Below are positions 63,243-64,000 of a stretch of 64,000 bases of DNA, in pieces. Each line of letters opens with the position of its first letter. The first letter of the stretch is position 1. Both the position numbers and the translations under genes were made by a program. Under the pieces are notes generated by a model. That model did no database searches. It was not told where the DNA came from and saw nothing but the letters and a program-made list of their open reading frames with translations. The stretch comes from Cycas panzhihuaensis (taxonomy: Eukaryota > Plantae > Cycadophyta), in the NCBI GenBank assembly GCA_023213395.1, contig CM041465.1:101997741-102061740 (forward strand), read 5' to 3'.

Positions 63243-64000
63243 TGAAACGCTCGCTACAGGGCAGTGATCCTACGTCTAGCAAAAGGATATAAGAGTATGT
63301 TATGCTAACTAAGTTAGGCAACGAGGACCTCACCTTACAGGGCGTCTGTGCGCCAAAGCGCGGATTCAAGACTGCAAGGTGCCTGGTTGCTTCCAGGTAG
63401 CCGTGCAAAACAAGGCCTTCCTACCCTTCGGATGGCTGGGAAGGAGAGAGAATGACTTGCGCATTGCATCTTCTCAAGGCAATGAGAAGGCAACGAATGG
63501 GAGGACAACTAACTAAGGTACAGGCAAATGTGGGAAAAGGGGTGCAATGAGGATAACTCGACTGCGACACGAGCGAACTATCTATGCTAAGCTATGCTAG
63601 ATAAAACAAGAAACAATGTAAAAGATGAATACGCTTTCCCTTTTCCTTTATATTCCTTTACAATTTTCTAACTACTGAGGCAAATGCATGTAAGATAACA
63701 ATGTAAAAGGGGATATACAGGAAGCAAGGAGAATACCTAGATCCGGTGCCTGAATGGAGGTACGGCTTGTCTCTCTAAGTCCTGATCCTTCCTTCTCCGT
63801 TTGTCGTGTATGCAATGCCGATCGGTGGTAATTGCCATAAGCGATAGACGAAGGGTCTACTTACCTCCCCTTAAGCATGCAAAATCGAATAAAGCGGAAC
63901 GAAATGGAAAAAGCTTGAAACTAAAGGAAGAAAGGCACTACACGGGGAACTAACCCGCAATGGGTTCGTCCCGTGTATCACTCCACCAATGCGCGATCCT
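63243..64000 (-). repeat. Element C 5' LTR (partial)
   Basis: Colinear with 49202-49959. Confidence 0.92.

Larger units (their letters stand above)
49202..64000 (-). mobile_element. Tat-type Ty3/gypsy element C, youngest in the window; 5' LTR runs off the window end
   Basis: LTR 49202-51783 is repeated from 63243; longest ORF remnants and CpG-rich. Left flank GTTCC is the predicted TSD. Confidence 0.93.

Overview
Plant repetitive DNA with no host gene. The window is a nest of decayed Ty3/gypsy LTR retrotransposons of the non-chromovirus Tat (Ogre/Retand-related) type, with strong CG/CHG deamination signatures. (A) 1-25.6 kb: a plus-strand head-to-tail array of a non-autonomous family, ~11.1-11.4 kb period with shared ~3.25-kb LTRs, in which gag is joined directly to the integrase core and PR/RT/RH are missing. 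One unit carries a 311-bp TRIM. (D) An inverted, deleted A copy forms a foldback with the last A LTR. (B) A full-length 18.3-kb minus-strand element (27310-45576) is nested in D. (E) A probable fourth LTR element starts at 46189. (C) A younger minus-strand element (49202 to beyond 64000) is nested in E. The main observation is an accessory cassette between integrase and the PPT, shared by the three diverged families A, B and C. It contains a three-exon, two-intron antisense Plant Mobile Domain (MAIN/MAIL-like) gene with a TATA-like promoter, placed head-to-head with a free-standing archaeal-type RNase H ORF. A GCGGTACCGC-N10 dyad array with family-specific spacers occurs both in the LTR and in intron 1 of the PMD gene. 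All coordinates and alignments were read by eye; no database search was run.
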